NCBI GenBank assembly: GCA_902521655.1
Contig: CABYSM010000002.1
Span: 3,575-67,574, forward strand
Reading direction: 5' to 3'
Source: an uncultured Pelagibacteraceae bacterium
GTDB taxonomy: Bacteria; Pseudomonadota; Alphaproteobacteria; Pelagibacterales; AG-422-B15
DNA: 64,000 bases
A program made the translations under genes and the position numbers. Position 1 is the first letter of the stretch; the number at the start of each line of letters is the position of its first letter. Shown here piece by piece: positions 9,016-18,140 of this stretch. A model generated the notes under the pieces. The model had not been told where the DNA came from. It made no database searches and was given only the letters and a program-made list of their open reading frames with translations.

Positions 9016-9531
9016 ATGAAGCTTAATAGCCATTTAATAACAGGGTTTGTTATAATATTAATGCTAGCTTTAAGCAGGCTTATACCACATCCACCCAACT
9101 TTACGCCAATACTTGGAATGGCTGTATTTTCTGGTGCTATAATTAATCACAAATTAGTAGCTTATATAATTCCTTTAGCTGCTATGCTTCTTAGTGATTT
9201 GTACTTAGGTTTTCATGCAAGTATGCCGATAATATATTTTTCTTTAGCAGTGTGCGTTCTTATAGGAACACTAATTGAGTCAAAAGTATCAATTCTAAAC
9301 TCTATTTTAAGTTTAAGTTTTGGTGTGCTTTTATTTTTTTTAATAACAAACTTTGCAGTATGGTATGGATCAGGAATGTACGAGTTTAATATTTCAGGTC
9401 TCATGACTTGCTACTTGATGGGGCTGCCTTTCGTTCAAAACACATTTATTTCAAGTATTTTGTATGGAATGGGAGCTTTCTTAATCTATGATATCATCAA
9501 TAAGCAGAGGATTTTTGGCAATAATGCTTAA
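9016..9531 (+). CDS. small integral membrane protein (DUF6580-like / ECF S-component-like), putative cobalamin uptake
   Basis: 171 aa, ~5-6 TM segments, RLIPHPPNFTP and FFLITNFAVW motifs; 24 nt downstream of btuB. Confidence 0.7.
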   Translation: MKLNSHLITGFVIILMLALSRLIPHPPNFTPILGMAVFSGAIINHKLVAYIIPLAAMLLSDLYLGFHASMPIIYFSLAVCVLIGTLIESKVSILNSILSLSFGVLLFFLITNFAVWYGSGMYEFNISGLMTCYLMGLPFVQNTFISSILYGMGAFLIYDIINKQRIFGNNA

Positions 9532-9596
9532 AAAATAGAGTTGAAATCAGTATTTTAAGGCATTATATATTTTAAAATTAAATATTAGGTGATTCC

Positions 9597-10799
9597 ATGG
9601 ATACAGCATTTTCAAGTGAAGATTTAAAATTTCAATCTGACGTAAGAGAATTTATTTCACACAACTACCCAAAAGAACTGAAAGACTCAATCGGTACAAA
9701 AAGAAAAACTGGAAAAGAGTTGTCCCGCGACGACTTAATGTCTTGGCATAAAATCTTAGGTAAACACAATGGCTGGTCAGCACCTGGATGGCCTAAACAG
9801 TATGGTGGAGCAGAATTTTCTCCAACGCAAAAATATATATTTGAGCAAGAGTGTGCTCGAGCTGAATGTCAATACATAATGCCTTTCGGTGTTAATATGG
9901 TTGGTCCAGTTATTTATACATTTGGCAATGACGAACAAAAAGCAAAACATCTTCCAGGAATTCTAAGTGGAGATGTATTTTGGTGCCAGGGATATTCAGA
10001 GCCGGGGTCAGGTTCTGATTTAGCATCTCTTAAAACAAGTGCAGTCAAAGAAGGTGATCATTATGTTGTTAACGGTCAAAAAACTTGGACTACTCTTGCA
10101 CAGCATGCAGATTGGATTTTTTGCCTAGTAAGAACAAACCCAGATGCAGAAAAACCTCAACAGGGAATCTCATTTCTTTTGATTGATATGAAAACTCCAG
10201 GCATCACTGTTCGCCCAATCAAGCTTATGGATGGATCTCATGAAGTTAACGAAACCTGGTTTGATAATGTAAAGGTACCAGTTGAGAATCTAATTGGACA
10301 AGAAAATATGGGCTGGACTTACGCGAAATTTTTATTAGCACATGAAAGATCAGGCATTGCGGGTGTAGCGAGGTCTAAAAAAGCTTTAGAAAGAATAAAG
10401 CAAATTGCTAGTGCCGAGATGTCTTATGGTGAACCATTAATACAAGATCCAGCATTTAAATCCAAAATAGCAAATGCTGAACTTGAGTTAAGTTCTTTAG
10501 AATATACTGAACTCAGAACTTTAGCGAAAGACTCAGCAGGTAAAGGTCCTGGGCCAGAGTCATCACTTCTGAAAATTAAGGGAACTGATATTCAACAAAT
10601 GGTTACTGAACTTGCGATGGAGGCGGTTGGGTATTACGCCAACCCTCATTTGGGCACTACATTGAGTAATGAATATGTAGGACCAGATTATGCAACCAAC
10701 TTATCAGGGTCATACTTTAATTTCAGAAAAGCATCTATTTATGGTGGCTCTAATGAAATTCAGAGAAATATTATCGCTAAGATGGTACTCGGATTATAA
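9597..10799 (+). CDS. acyl-CoA dehydrogenase, PimC-like large subunit
   Basis: FGVNMVGPVI, WCQGYSEPGSGSDLASL, GWTYAKFLLAHER, SIYGGSNEIQRNII. Confidence 0.9.
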   Translation: MDTAFSSEDLKFQSDVREFISHNYPKELKDSIGTKRKTGKELSRDDLMSWHKILGKHNGWSAPGWPKQYGGAEFSPTQKYIFEQECARAECQYIMPFGVNMVGPVIYTFGNDEQKAKHLPGILSGDVFWCQGYSEPGSGSDLASLKTSAVKEGDHYVVNGQKTWTTLAQHADWIFCLVRTNPDAEKPQQGISFLLIDMKTPGITVRPIKLMDGSHEVNETWFDNVKVPVENLIGQENMGWTYAKFLLAHERSGIAGVARSKKALERIKQIASAEMSYGEPLIQDPAFKSKIANAELELSSLEYTELRTLAKDSAGKGPGPESSLLKIKGTDIQQMVTELAMEAVGYYANPHLGTTLSNEYVGPDYATNLSGSYFNFRKASIYGGSNEIQRNIIAKMVLGL

Positions 10800-10804
10800 A
10801 ATTT

Positions 10805-10823
10805 TTGACATTTTAGCTGTCAA
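10805..10823. promoter_or_regulatory. inverted repeat TTGACA-N7-TGTCAA between the two acyl-CoA dehydrogenase genes
   Basis: ttgacattttagctgtcaa in the 41-nt gap; operator-like dyad or small hairpin. Confidence 0.4.
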
Positions 10824-10840
10824 TATATAGGACTATCTCC

Positions 10841-12019
10841 ATGAATTTTGATTATACAGAAGAACAGACTCTTCTTGAAAACATGGTCACCTCGTTTGTA
10901 AGGGATGACTATGACTGGGATACAAGATGCTCAATTGTGAAAACTGAAGAGGGATGGAAAGAAGAGAACTGGAAGAAGTTTGCTGAACTTGGACTTTTAG
11001 GTGTTCCTTTCGATGAGGATCAAGGTGGATTAGGCGGTGAAGCCACTGATATAATGATTGTGATGGAGCAATTTGGAAAAGGCCTTGTTGTAGAGCCCTA
11101 CATGCCCTCAATAATTCTAGCTGGAGGTCTCATCTCTAAACTTGGATCAGCAGATCAAAAAAATTCAATTATTCCAGAAATTATTTCAGGTGATAGACGT
11201 TATGTTTTTGCATACGCAGAGCCTCAGAGTAGGTTTGATTTATTTGATGTTAAATGCTCGGCAACACTTGACGGTGATAATTACATTATTAATGGATTTA
11301 AGTCAGTAGTCTTTGGAGCTGGAATGGCAACTCACCTAATTATTTCAGCAAGAACTGATGGAGATCAAAGGTCAAAATCAGGAATTACACTATTTTTGGT
11401 TGATATAAAATCTGATGGTATCACTTTGCAGAATTATCCAACAATAGATGAGTACAGAGCATCTGAAGTTGTTATTGAGAATTTAACTGTGTCGAAAGAA
11501 AATATTTTAGGCGAGCTGGGTAATTCTTATGAAGCAATAGAAGAACAAGTAGATTTATCTACAATTGCAATTTGCTCTGAAGCTGTCGGCATTCTACAAG
11601 TACTAAAAGACTCTACGAATGATTATTGTAAAAATAGAAAACAATTTGGGCAATCCATCAGTGCAAATCAAGCGATACAGCACCGCCTTGTTGACATGAT
11701 GATTGAATATGAGCAAGCAAAATCTATTCTTTATATGGCTATTACAGCAGACCTTAGTAATTCAGATGAAAGAAGAAAGGCTGCATCGGCTGCGAAAGCT
11801 CGTATTGGAAAAGCTATTAAATTTGTTGGTGAAAATGCTATTCAATTACATGGTGGTATGGGTGTTGTAGACGAGTATATGATCAGTCACTTTTTTAAAA
11901 GAGCAACAATGATCGGTATTCTTTTCGGCAATGTTGATTTTCATATGAAAAGATACACTGACTTGACTCAATCTAATATTCAGTCAATAAATGAAGACGA
12001 CGGAATTAATCTTTCTTAG
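10841..12019 (+). CDS. acyl-CoA dehydrogenase, PimD-like small subunit
   Basis: FAELGLLG, GKGLVVEPY, RKQFG, QAIQHRLVDM, IQLHGGMG. Confidence 0.9.
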   Translation: MNFDYTEEQTLLENMVTSFVRDDYDWDTRCSIVKTEEGWKEENWKKFAELGLLGVPFDEDQGGLGGEATDIMIVMEQFGKGLVVEPYMPSIILAGGLISKLGSADQKNSIIPEIISGDRRYVFAYAEPQSRFDLFDVKCSATLDGDNYIINGFKSVVFGAGMATHLIISARTDGDQRSKSGITLFLVDIKSDGITLQNYPTIDEYRASEVVIENLTVSKENILGELGNSYEAIEEQVDLSTIAICSEAVGILQVLKDSTNDYCKNRKQFGQSISANQAIQHRLVDMMIEYEQAKSILYMAITADLSNSDERRKAASAAKARIGKAIKFVGENAIQLHGGMGVVDEYMISHFFKRATMIGILFGNVDFHMKRYTDLTQSNIQSINEDDGINLS

Positions 12020-12031
12020 ATAAATAATTAC

Positions 12032-12934
12032 CTATTCTGATAGCTTTTTAAATATATGAGCAGTGTGTTCCGCTCCACTTCTAAGAGCTTTACTGTTTGT
12101 CATATTTGAAGCCTCTGACCACTTTTCAGCCAGCATATCAGCATTTAGATCATCTCCTTTAAGAGCTATTCCCTCAGAATGAACTATTTCAGCCATCGCA
12201 AAAACACCTGCTCCAGCAGAAATCATTACACCATCAGGTGCATCTTCAGAGGCCATGAATATTACTGCAGGAGATACAGACTCAGGCTTAAGGCTATCAA
12301 ATACTGCGTCAGGCATTCCAAGATTTTCTGTCATTCTTGTAGCTGCGACAGGCACGAGTGAATTTACTTTAATATTATTCTTTTGTCCTTCAATTCTAAG
12401 AGTATTCATTAATCCAACAACTCCCATTTTAGCTGATCCGTAATTAGACTGTCCAAAATTACCAAATATTCCTGACGAAGAAGATGTCATAACTATTCGA
12501 CCATATTTCTGTTCAACCATAATAGGCCATACAGCTTTAGTGCAATAGACAGACCCCATCATATGTACATCAACCACAAATTCAAAATCATCCAAGGTTA
12601 CTTTAGCAAAAGATTTATCTCTCAAGACACCAGCATTATTTACAAGGATATCAATTCTTCCATAAGCTGCCATTGCGTCATCTACCAGTTTTTTTACACC
12701 AGCTTTATCAGTTACACTTGATCCATTTGAAATTGCATCGCCACCCATAGCTTTAATTTCTTCAACAACCTTATCAGCTGCTTCACTTGATCCACCTGAT
12801 CCATCCACAGAGCCACCTAGATCATTAACAATAACTTTAGCACCTCTCTCAGCAAATTGAAGCGCATGGCATCTTCCTAATCCACCCCCAGCACCTGTTA
12901 CTATTGCTACTTTATCTTTAAAACTTATTGTCAT
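12032..12934 (-). CDS. SDR oxidoreductase (3-hydroxyacyl-CoA dehydrogenase / MFE-2-like)
   Basis: TGAGGGLG, VNDLGG, NNAGVLRD, FGNFGQSNYGSAK (YxxxK). Confidence 0.88.
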   Translation of the reverse strand: MTISFKDKVAIVTGAGGGLGRCHALQFAERGAKVIVNDLGGSVDGSGGSSEAADKVVEEIKAMGGDAISNGSSVTDKAGVKKLVDDAMAAYGRIDILVNNAGVLRDKSFAKVTLDDFEFVVDVHMMGSVYCTKAVWPIMVEQKYGRIVMTSSSSGIFGNFGQSNYGSAKMGVVGLMNTLRIEGQKNNIKVNSLVPVAATRMTENLGMPDAVFDSLKPESVSPAVIFMASEDAPDGVMISAGAGVFAMAEIVHSEGIALKGDDLNADMLAEKWSEASNMTNSKALRSGAEHTAHIFKKLSE

Positions 12935-12943
12935 TTTTAACTC

Positions 12944-13603
12944 CTATGTGATCAAATCTTTTAATTGAGAGAAATTATTTATCACCATATCAGCCTCTTT
13001 GTAAATATTTTTATTATCTGTATATCCATACTCAACTAAAACAACTGGCATATTTGCATTATGACCTGCATTTAAATCTGTAGCACTGTCTCCAATCATA
13101 ATTGAATCAGACTGACTAATTTTGAGGTAGTTACAGATTTCAATTAAAGGGAGAGGGTCTGGTTTACTTTTAATATACGTATCTCCTCCAACAAGAAAAT
13201 CAAAGTACTTTAATACATCTAACTTCTCTAAAAGCATGACACTTAATTTTTCCATTTTATTAGTGCACACTGCTAATTTAATTTCTCTAGATTTAAGAAA
13301 CTCTAAAACTTCTCTTACATTGTTAAAAAGTATGCTGTCATCATCAATGTTGTGCGTATAATGTAGTAAAAATATTTTTAACATCTCATTCAATTTTGCA
13401 TCATCGTGCTCAATATTTTTTGTAACAGCAGTTCGTCGTATTAATTCGCGCGCACCATAGCCGACCAGATTTCTTATTTCCTCTAGTGAGACTAATGGAT
13501 AGTCGAGTTCAGAAAGCATATAGTTCAGAGAATTTTTAAAGTCTGGAGCTGTATCTACCAGCGTGCCGTCGAGGTCAAAAATAAACAATTTTTTGTTTTT
13601 CAT
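12944..13603 (-). CDS. gph: phosphoglycolate phosphatase (HAD family)
   Basis: FDLDGTLVDT, TNK, KPDP, MIGDS; divergent from glmU as is common in alphaproteobacteria. Confidence 0.8.
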   Translation of the reverse strand: MKNKKLFIFDLDGTLVDTAPDFKNSLNYMLSELDYPLVSLEEIRNLVGYGARELIRRTAVTKNIEHDDAKLNEMLKIFLLHYTHNIDDDSILFNNVREVLEFLKSREIKLAVCTNKMEKLSVMLLEKLDVLKYFDFLVGGDTYIKSKPDPLPLIEICNYLKISQSDSIMIGDSATDLNAGHNANMPVVLVEYGYTDNKNIYKEADMVINNFSQLKDLIT

Positions 13604-13683
13604 AGTTAAATTAAAGTAAGCCTCTGAAATAAATTTTTACGATACAATTAATAACATATTGTTTATTTTTCATTCAAAATCCA

Positions 13684-14988
13684 ATGAATAATTTAGAAAT
13701 TGTAATACTTGCAGCTGGAAAGGGAACTAGAATGAATTCTAGTTTCCCAAAAGTATTGCACCCTTTGGGAGGGAAACCCATAATTGAACATGTTTTAGAT
13801 GCTGCACGATCTTTAAAGCCAGAGAAAATTCACTTAGTACTTAATAAAGAAATAAAAAATGAATTTGTTCACTTAAAAAATAAAATCAATTTAATAATAC
13901 AAAAAAAACAATTGGGAACTGGTGACGCTGTCAACGTGGCCATAAAAAGTTTTCAAAAAAATTCTAATATTCTTGTCCTTTATGGAGATGTTCCACTCAC
14001 GCATTCATCCACTTTAAAGAAAATAATTAAGTTCAAAAAAAATGAAATCAATATTCTTTGTTTTAATAAAGAAGAGCAAAATAATTATGGGAAAGTTGTA
14101 TTGGGAACTAATGGTTTGGTTAATGAGATAATTGAACAAAAAGAGCTTAAAAGAAAAGAGAACTTCTACTTATGTAATTCTGGTATTTTTTCAATACACT
14201 CATCACTTCTTCAAAAATTAATGCCAAAAATAAATAATAAAAATATGAAGAAAGAATATTATTTAACAGATATCTTCAAAATGGCATCAAATAGTGATAT
14301 CAAAATAAAGTCAGTAATTACATCTGAGAAAGAAGTTCAGGGTATCAATGATAATAAGGATTTAGCTATGGCAGAAAATGAATTTCAGGAAAATTTAAGA
14401 GCTAAACATCTTAAAGCCGGAGTAACAATGCATGACCCCAGTACTGTATATTTATCAGAAGACACAAAAATAGGAAAAGATGTAACTATTCACCCTTTTG
14501 TTGTGATTGGTAAAAATGTAAAAATCTTAAATGGGGCTGAGATTTATTCTTTTTCACATTTAGAAGACTGTAAGATTGGAAAGAGGACTAGCATAGGACC
14601 TTACGCCCGTATAAGACCTGGTACACAGATTAATGATCAGACAAAAGTTGGAAATTTCGTTGAAGTTAAGAATTCAATAATTGACACAAATTCAAAAATT
14701 AATCACCTATCTTATGTTGGAGACTCAATAATTGGAAAAAATGTTAATGTTGGAGCAGGAACAATAACATGTAATTATGATGGAAGAGCAAAATATAAAA
14801 CAGTTATTAAAGACAATGCCTTTATAGGATCAAACTCTTCACTTGTTGCACCATTAGAGGTTGGCAAAAATGCATACATTGGCTCTGGCTCAACGATAAC
14901 AAAGAAAGTTAAACAAGATAGTCTGGCTGTTGAAAGATCAGTTCAAATGGAAGTAAAAAATTGGGCCAAGAGAAAAAATAAAAAGTAA
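13684..14988 (+). CDS. glmU: bifunctional UDP-GlcNAc pyrophosphorylase / GlcN-1-P acetyltransferase
   Basis: ILAAGKGTRMNS..PKVLH, QLGTG, EYYLTD, GNFVEVKN, HLSYVGD, NYDG, hexapeptide repeats. Confidence 0.96.
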   Translation: MNNLEIVILAAGKGTRMNSSFPKVLHPLGGKPIIEHVLDAARSLKPEKIHLVLNKEIKNEFVHLKNKINLIIQKKQLGTGDAVNVAIKSFQKNSNILVLYGDVPLTHSSTLKKIIKFKKNEINILCFNKEEQNNYGKVVLGTNGLVNEIIEQKELKRKENFYLCNSGIFSIHSSLLQKLMPKINNKNMKKEYYLTDIFKMASNSDIKIKSVITSEKEVQGINDNKDLAMAENEFQENLRAKHLKAGVTMHDPSTVYLSEDTKIGKDVTIHPFVVIGKNVKILNGAEIYSFSHLEDCKIGKRTSIGPYARIRPGTQINDQTKVGNFVEVKNSIIDTNSKINHLSYVGDSIIGKNVNVGAGTITCNYDGRAKYKTVIKDNAFIGSNSSLVAPLEVGKNAYIGSGSTITKKVKQDSLAVERSVQMEVKNWAKRKNKK

Positions 14989-14992
14989 TTTT

Positions 14993-16816
14993 ATGTGTGG
15001 AATAGTAGGTATCACAGCAAATGAATCTGTTTCTTCAAATATAATTGGTGCCTTGAAGAAACTTGAGTACCGAGGGTACGATTCAGCCGGCATAGCTATT
15101 AATACTGAAAGTCAAATTCACCAAAAAAAAGCGAAAGGTAAGCTTGATAACTTAATACTATCCCTTCAAAAAGATGGTTTTGATGGAAAGGTTGGAATTG
15201 GCCACACGAGGTGGGCTACACATGGCGAGCCATCAGAAAGAAATGCCCATCCTCACTCGTCACGAAAAGTATCGCTCGTTCACAATGGAATTATTGAAAA
15301 TGCATCAGAGCTTAAAAGTAGAGCAGAATTAAAAAACTATAACTTTGAGTCTGATACTGACTCTGAAGTTATAACAGCGCTGATTACTCATTATCTGAAT
15401 GAAGGTCATGATCATATGGAGTCGGTTAAACAAACAATATCGCTTTTAGAGGGTTCTTATGCGCTAGCTATCATCTTTAGTGACCTTAAGGATAAAATAA
15501 TAGGTGCGAGAAATGGAAGTCCTCTGGTAGCGGGAACTGACGGTAACTCCAGCTCATTAGGGTCTGATTCAATAGCATTAAGCTCAATCGCAAAAAAAGT
15601 ATGTTACTTAGAAGATGGTGACATTGTTGTGCTAAGTAGAGAAAATGTTGAGATCTATAATTCATCAGGAGATAAAGCCAATAGAGAATTTGTTGATATT
15701 GGTATCATGGATACAGAAGTCAGCAAGGGATCATACAATCATTTTATGGAAAAAGAGATTCATGAGCATCCTAAGGCTGTTGGTGAAACATTTAGACAAT
15801 TCATTGATCATGATCAGGGGATAATTTCAGTTGATGATATAGGACTAAACTTCAATGATATTTCAAAGGTACATTTAATTGCCTGTGGCACAGCATACTA
15901 CTCTTGCTTGGTTGCAAAATATTACTTTGAACAATATGCTAGATTGCCCGTAGAGTGTGATATGGCATCTGAGTTTAGATACCGTGATCCTGTTCTTGAT
16001 AATAAGGCATTATATATATTTGTTTCTCAATCAGGTGAAACAGCTGACACAAAAGCGGCATTAGATTATTGCAAAGATGCTAAGGTTAGAACTCTCAGTA
16101 TTGTAAATGTTATGAACAGCTCAATTGCACGCGAAAGTGATTATTGTTTATATACTAAAGCGGGAGCAGAAATTGGCGTAGCTTCCACAAAAGCATTTAC
16201 GGCACAATTATCAGTTCTGTTATCAATGGCACTGCATTGTGGCACTAAGAATAACAATGTTACAATTGAGCAGAATAGAGAGATTTGCAAAGAAATTATG
16301 CAGGCTCCTCAAATTTTAGAGAAGGCAATAAAAAGATCGTATGAATTAAAAGAGACTGCAAAAGCTATAATAGACTCTAAAGGTGTAATGTATTTGGGAA
16401 GAGGTACTGCTTTTCCCCTAGCACTAGAAGGAGCACTCAAATTTAAAGAAATCTCCTATATACATGCGGAAGGTTATCCAGCTGGAGAGATGAAACATGG
16501 CCCACTTGCTTTAATTGAAAAAGATCTCCCTGTAGTGTGTATTGTTCCGCCAGGTCCTCTATTTCATAAAACAGTGTCAAATATTCAAGAGGTTATCGCT
16601 CGAGGTGGTAGAATATTAATGATAACAGATGATAAAAGCCTTGAGTCCAGTTCTGAAAATATATGGAAGATTTTTAGATTGCCAAAAACACCAAAATCAA
16701 TTGAAGCAATTGTATATTCTGTTCCAATACATATGTTGGCATATTACACAGCTGTTGAACTAGGCAATGATGTAGATCAACCCCGCAATCTTGCTAAATC
16801 AGTTACAGTTGAATAG
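14993..16816 (+). CDS. glmS: glutamine--fructose-6-phosphate transaminase
   Basis: MCGIVG, LEYRGYDSAG, HTRWATHG, SQSGET, PRNLAKSVTVE. Confidence 0.97.
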   Translation: MCGIVGITANESVSSNIIGALKKLEYRGYDSAGIAINTESQIHQKKAKGKLDNLILSLQKDGFDGKVGIGHTRWATHGEPSERNAHPHSSRKVSLVHNGIIENASELKSRAELKNYNFESDTDSEVITALITHYLNEGHDHMESVKQTISLLEGSYALAIIFSDLKDKIIGARNGSPLVAGTDGNSSSLGSDSIALSSIAKKVCYLEDGDIVVLSRENVEIYNSSGDKANREFVDIGIMDTEVSKGSYNHFMEKEIHEHPKAVGETFRQFIDHDQGIISVDDIGLNFNDISKVHLIACGTAYYSCLVAKYYFEQYARLPVECDMASEFRYRDPVLDNKALYIFVSQSGETADTKAALDYCKDAKVRTLSIVNVMNSSIARESDYCLYTKAGAEIGVASTKAFTAQLSVLLSMALHCGTKNNNVTIEQNREICKEIMQAPQILEKAIKRSYELKETAKAIIDSKGVMYLGRGTAFPLALEGALKFKEISYIHAEGYPAGEMKHGPLALIEKDLPVVCIVPPGPLFHKTVSNIQEVIARGGRILMITDDKSLESSSENIWKIFRLPKTPKSIEAIVYSVPIHMLAYYTAVELGNDVDQPRNLAKSVTVE

Positions 16817-16830
16817 ATAATTAATTATTA

Positions 16831-17355
16831 ATGAGTGAGTTTAAAAACTTAATAGTACTTGGACCATTAATATACGCTATCCATCACTTTGAAGAACATA
16901 TCATTTTCAATTTTAGGGAATGGAGAATAAAATATTTTTCTGACAATAATGCAATCCCAACCGAAGCCATCTTAATTATATTGTCATCATTGTTGCTACT
17001 TTTTATTTTTTTTCACCTAATTAAAAAAAATCGAGCAAGTGCACATCTTGTATTATTTTTTTTAATGACTACTCAGGTTGTTAATGCTTTTTTTCACATT
17101 TTTTTTAGCTTTTATTATAGTGATTTCAGTCCAGGAACAATCACGGGCATAATTCTCTATTTGCCAATAAATATTTTAATTATTTCAGCCGCATTCAAAG
17201 AGAGTTTTCTTAAAAGTTATATTGAATTAGCAATGATTGGACTATTCGGAATTGCAACCTTCTCTTTATTTGAATTATTTGGTCCAATTGTTATTGGCCT
17301 ATCAATAATAGTCTCTTTTTTATACTATACGTTTTTTAAAAATAAATTAGTATAG
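16831..17355 (+). CDS. HXXEE domain membrane protein
   Basis: IHHFEEH motif in the first TM, NAFFH and SPG motifs, strongly hydrophobic. Confidence 0.7.
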   Translation: MSEFKNLIVLGPLIYAIHHFEEHIIFNFREWRIKYFSDNNAIPTEAILIILSSLLLLFIFFHLIKKNRASAHLVLFFLMTTQVVNAFFHIFFSFYYSDFSPGTITGIILYLPINILIISAAFKESFLKSYIELAMIGLFGIATFSLFELFGPIVIGLSIIVSFLYYTFFKNKLV

Positions 17356-17360
17356 GTTCA

Positions 17361-18044
17361 ATGACAGTAACTCTTAAAACAGAAGGTGATGTATCAATCA
17401 TTCATATGGATGATGGTAAGGTAAATGTTTTTTCACCAGAGATGATTCAGAATTTTGAAAAAATCATGGATCAAATTCCAACTAATAAGGGTTCAGTTTT
17501 AATTACAGGAAGACCTGGTATGTTTTCAGCCGGATTTGATTTGAAGGTTATGATGTCGAGTCCTGAAAATGCTGCAGCTATGGTTAAGTCCGGATTCTTA
17601 ATGCTGAAAAGAGTTTTCTCATTTCCTCGTCCTGTAGTTGCTGCATGTAGTGGACACGCTATTGCTCTTGGAGCTTTTCTTTTATGCAGCAGTGATTACC
17701 GTGTTGGCTGTGAAGGTGACTTTAAGGTTGGGGCAAATGAATTAAGAAACAATATGATTGTACCAACACCTATTTTAGAAATTGCAAAATTTAAATTAAC
17801 AAAATCACACAAGCAAAGGGCACTTCTCAACGCTGAAATGTATTCAATAAAAGATTCTATTGAACCAGGATATATTGATGAAGTTGCAAGTCCCGAGAGT
17901 TTTTATGAAGTCGCACTAACAAAAGCAAAAGATTTAGCGACTTTGGCACACCCTCAATATGATCAAACCAAGAAACTCGATCAGGAAGACGTGTTGCCTA
18001 AAATTAGCAAGGGCATAGAACAAATCACCTCACCCGTTGGGTAA
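17361..18044 (+). CDS. crotonase / enoyl-CoA hydratase family protein
   Basis: MDDGKVN, FSAGFDL, PVVAACSGHAIALG. Confidence 0.88.
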   Translation: MTVTLKTEGDVSIIHMDDGKVNVFSPEMIQNFEKIMDQIPTNKGSVLITGRPGMFSAGFDLKVMMSSPENAAAMVKSGFLMLKRVFSFPRPVVAACSGHAIALGAFLLCSSDYRVGCEGDFKVGANELRNNMIVPTPILEIAKFKLTKSHKQRALLNAEMYSIKDSIEPGYIDEVASPESFYEVALTKAKDLATLAHPQYDQTKKLDQEDVLPKISKGIEQITSPVG

Positions 18045-18140
18045 ATCAAATTTATCTAATAAAATCAATATATTTAGCTAAGACTCTAGTAATTTAGGTT
18101 ATTTGGTACTATAAGGCTGAAAAATATAGAGTTTTTAAAA

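Noticed and set aside
14940-14995. glmS ribozyme
   Set aside because: Only 4 nt separate glmU and glmS, leaving no room for the RNA.
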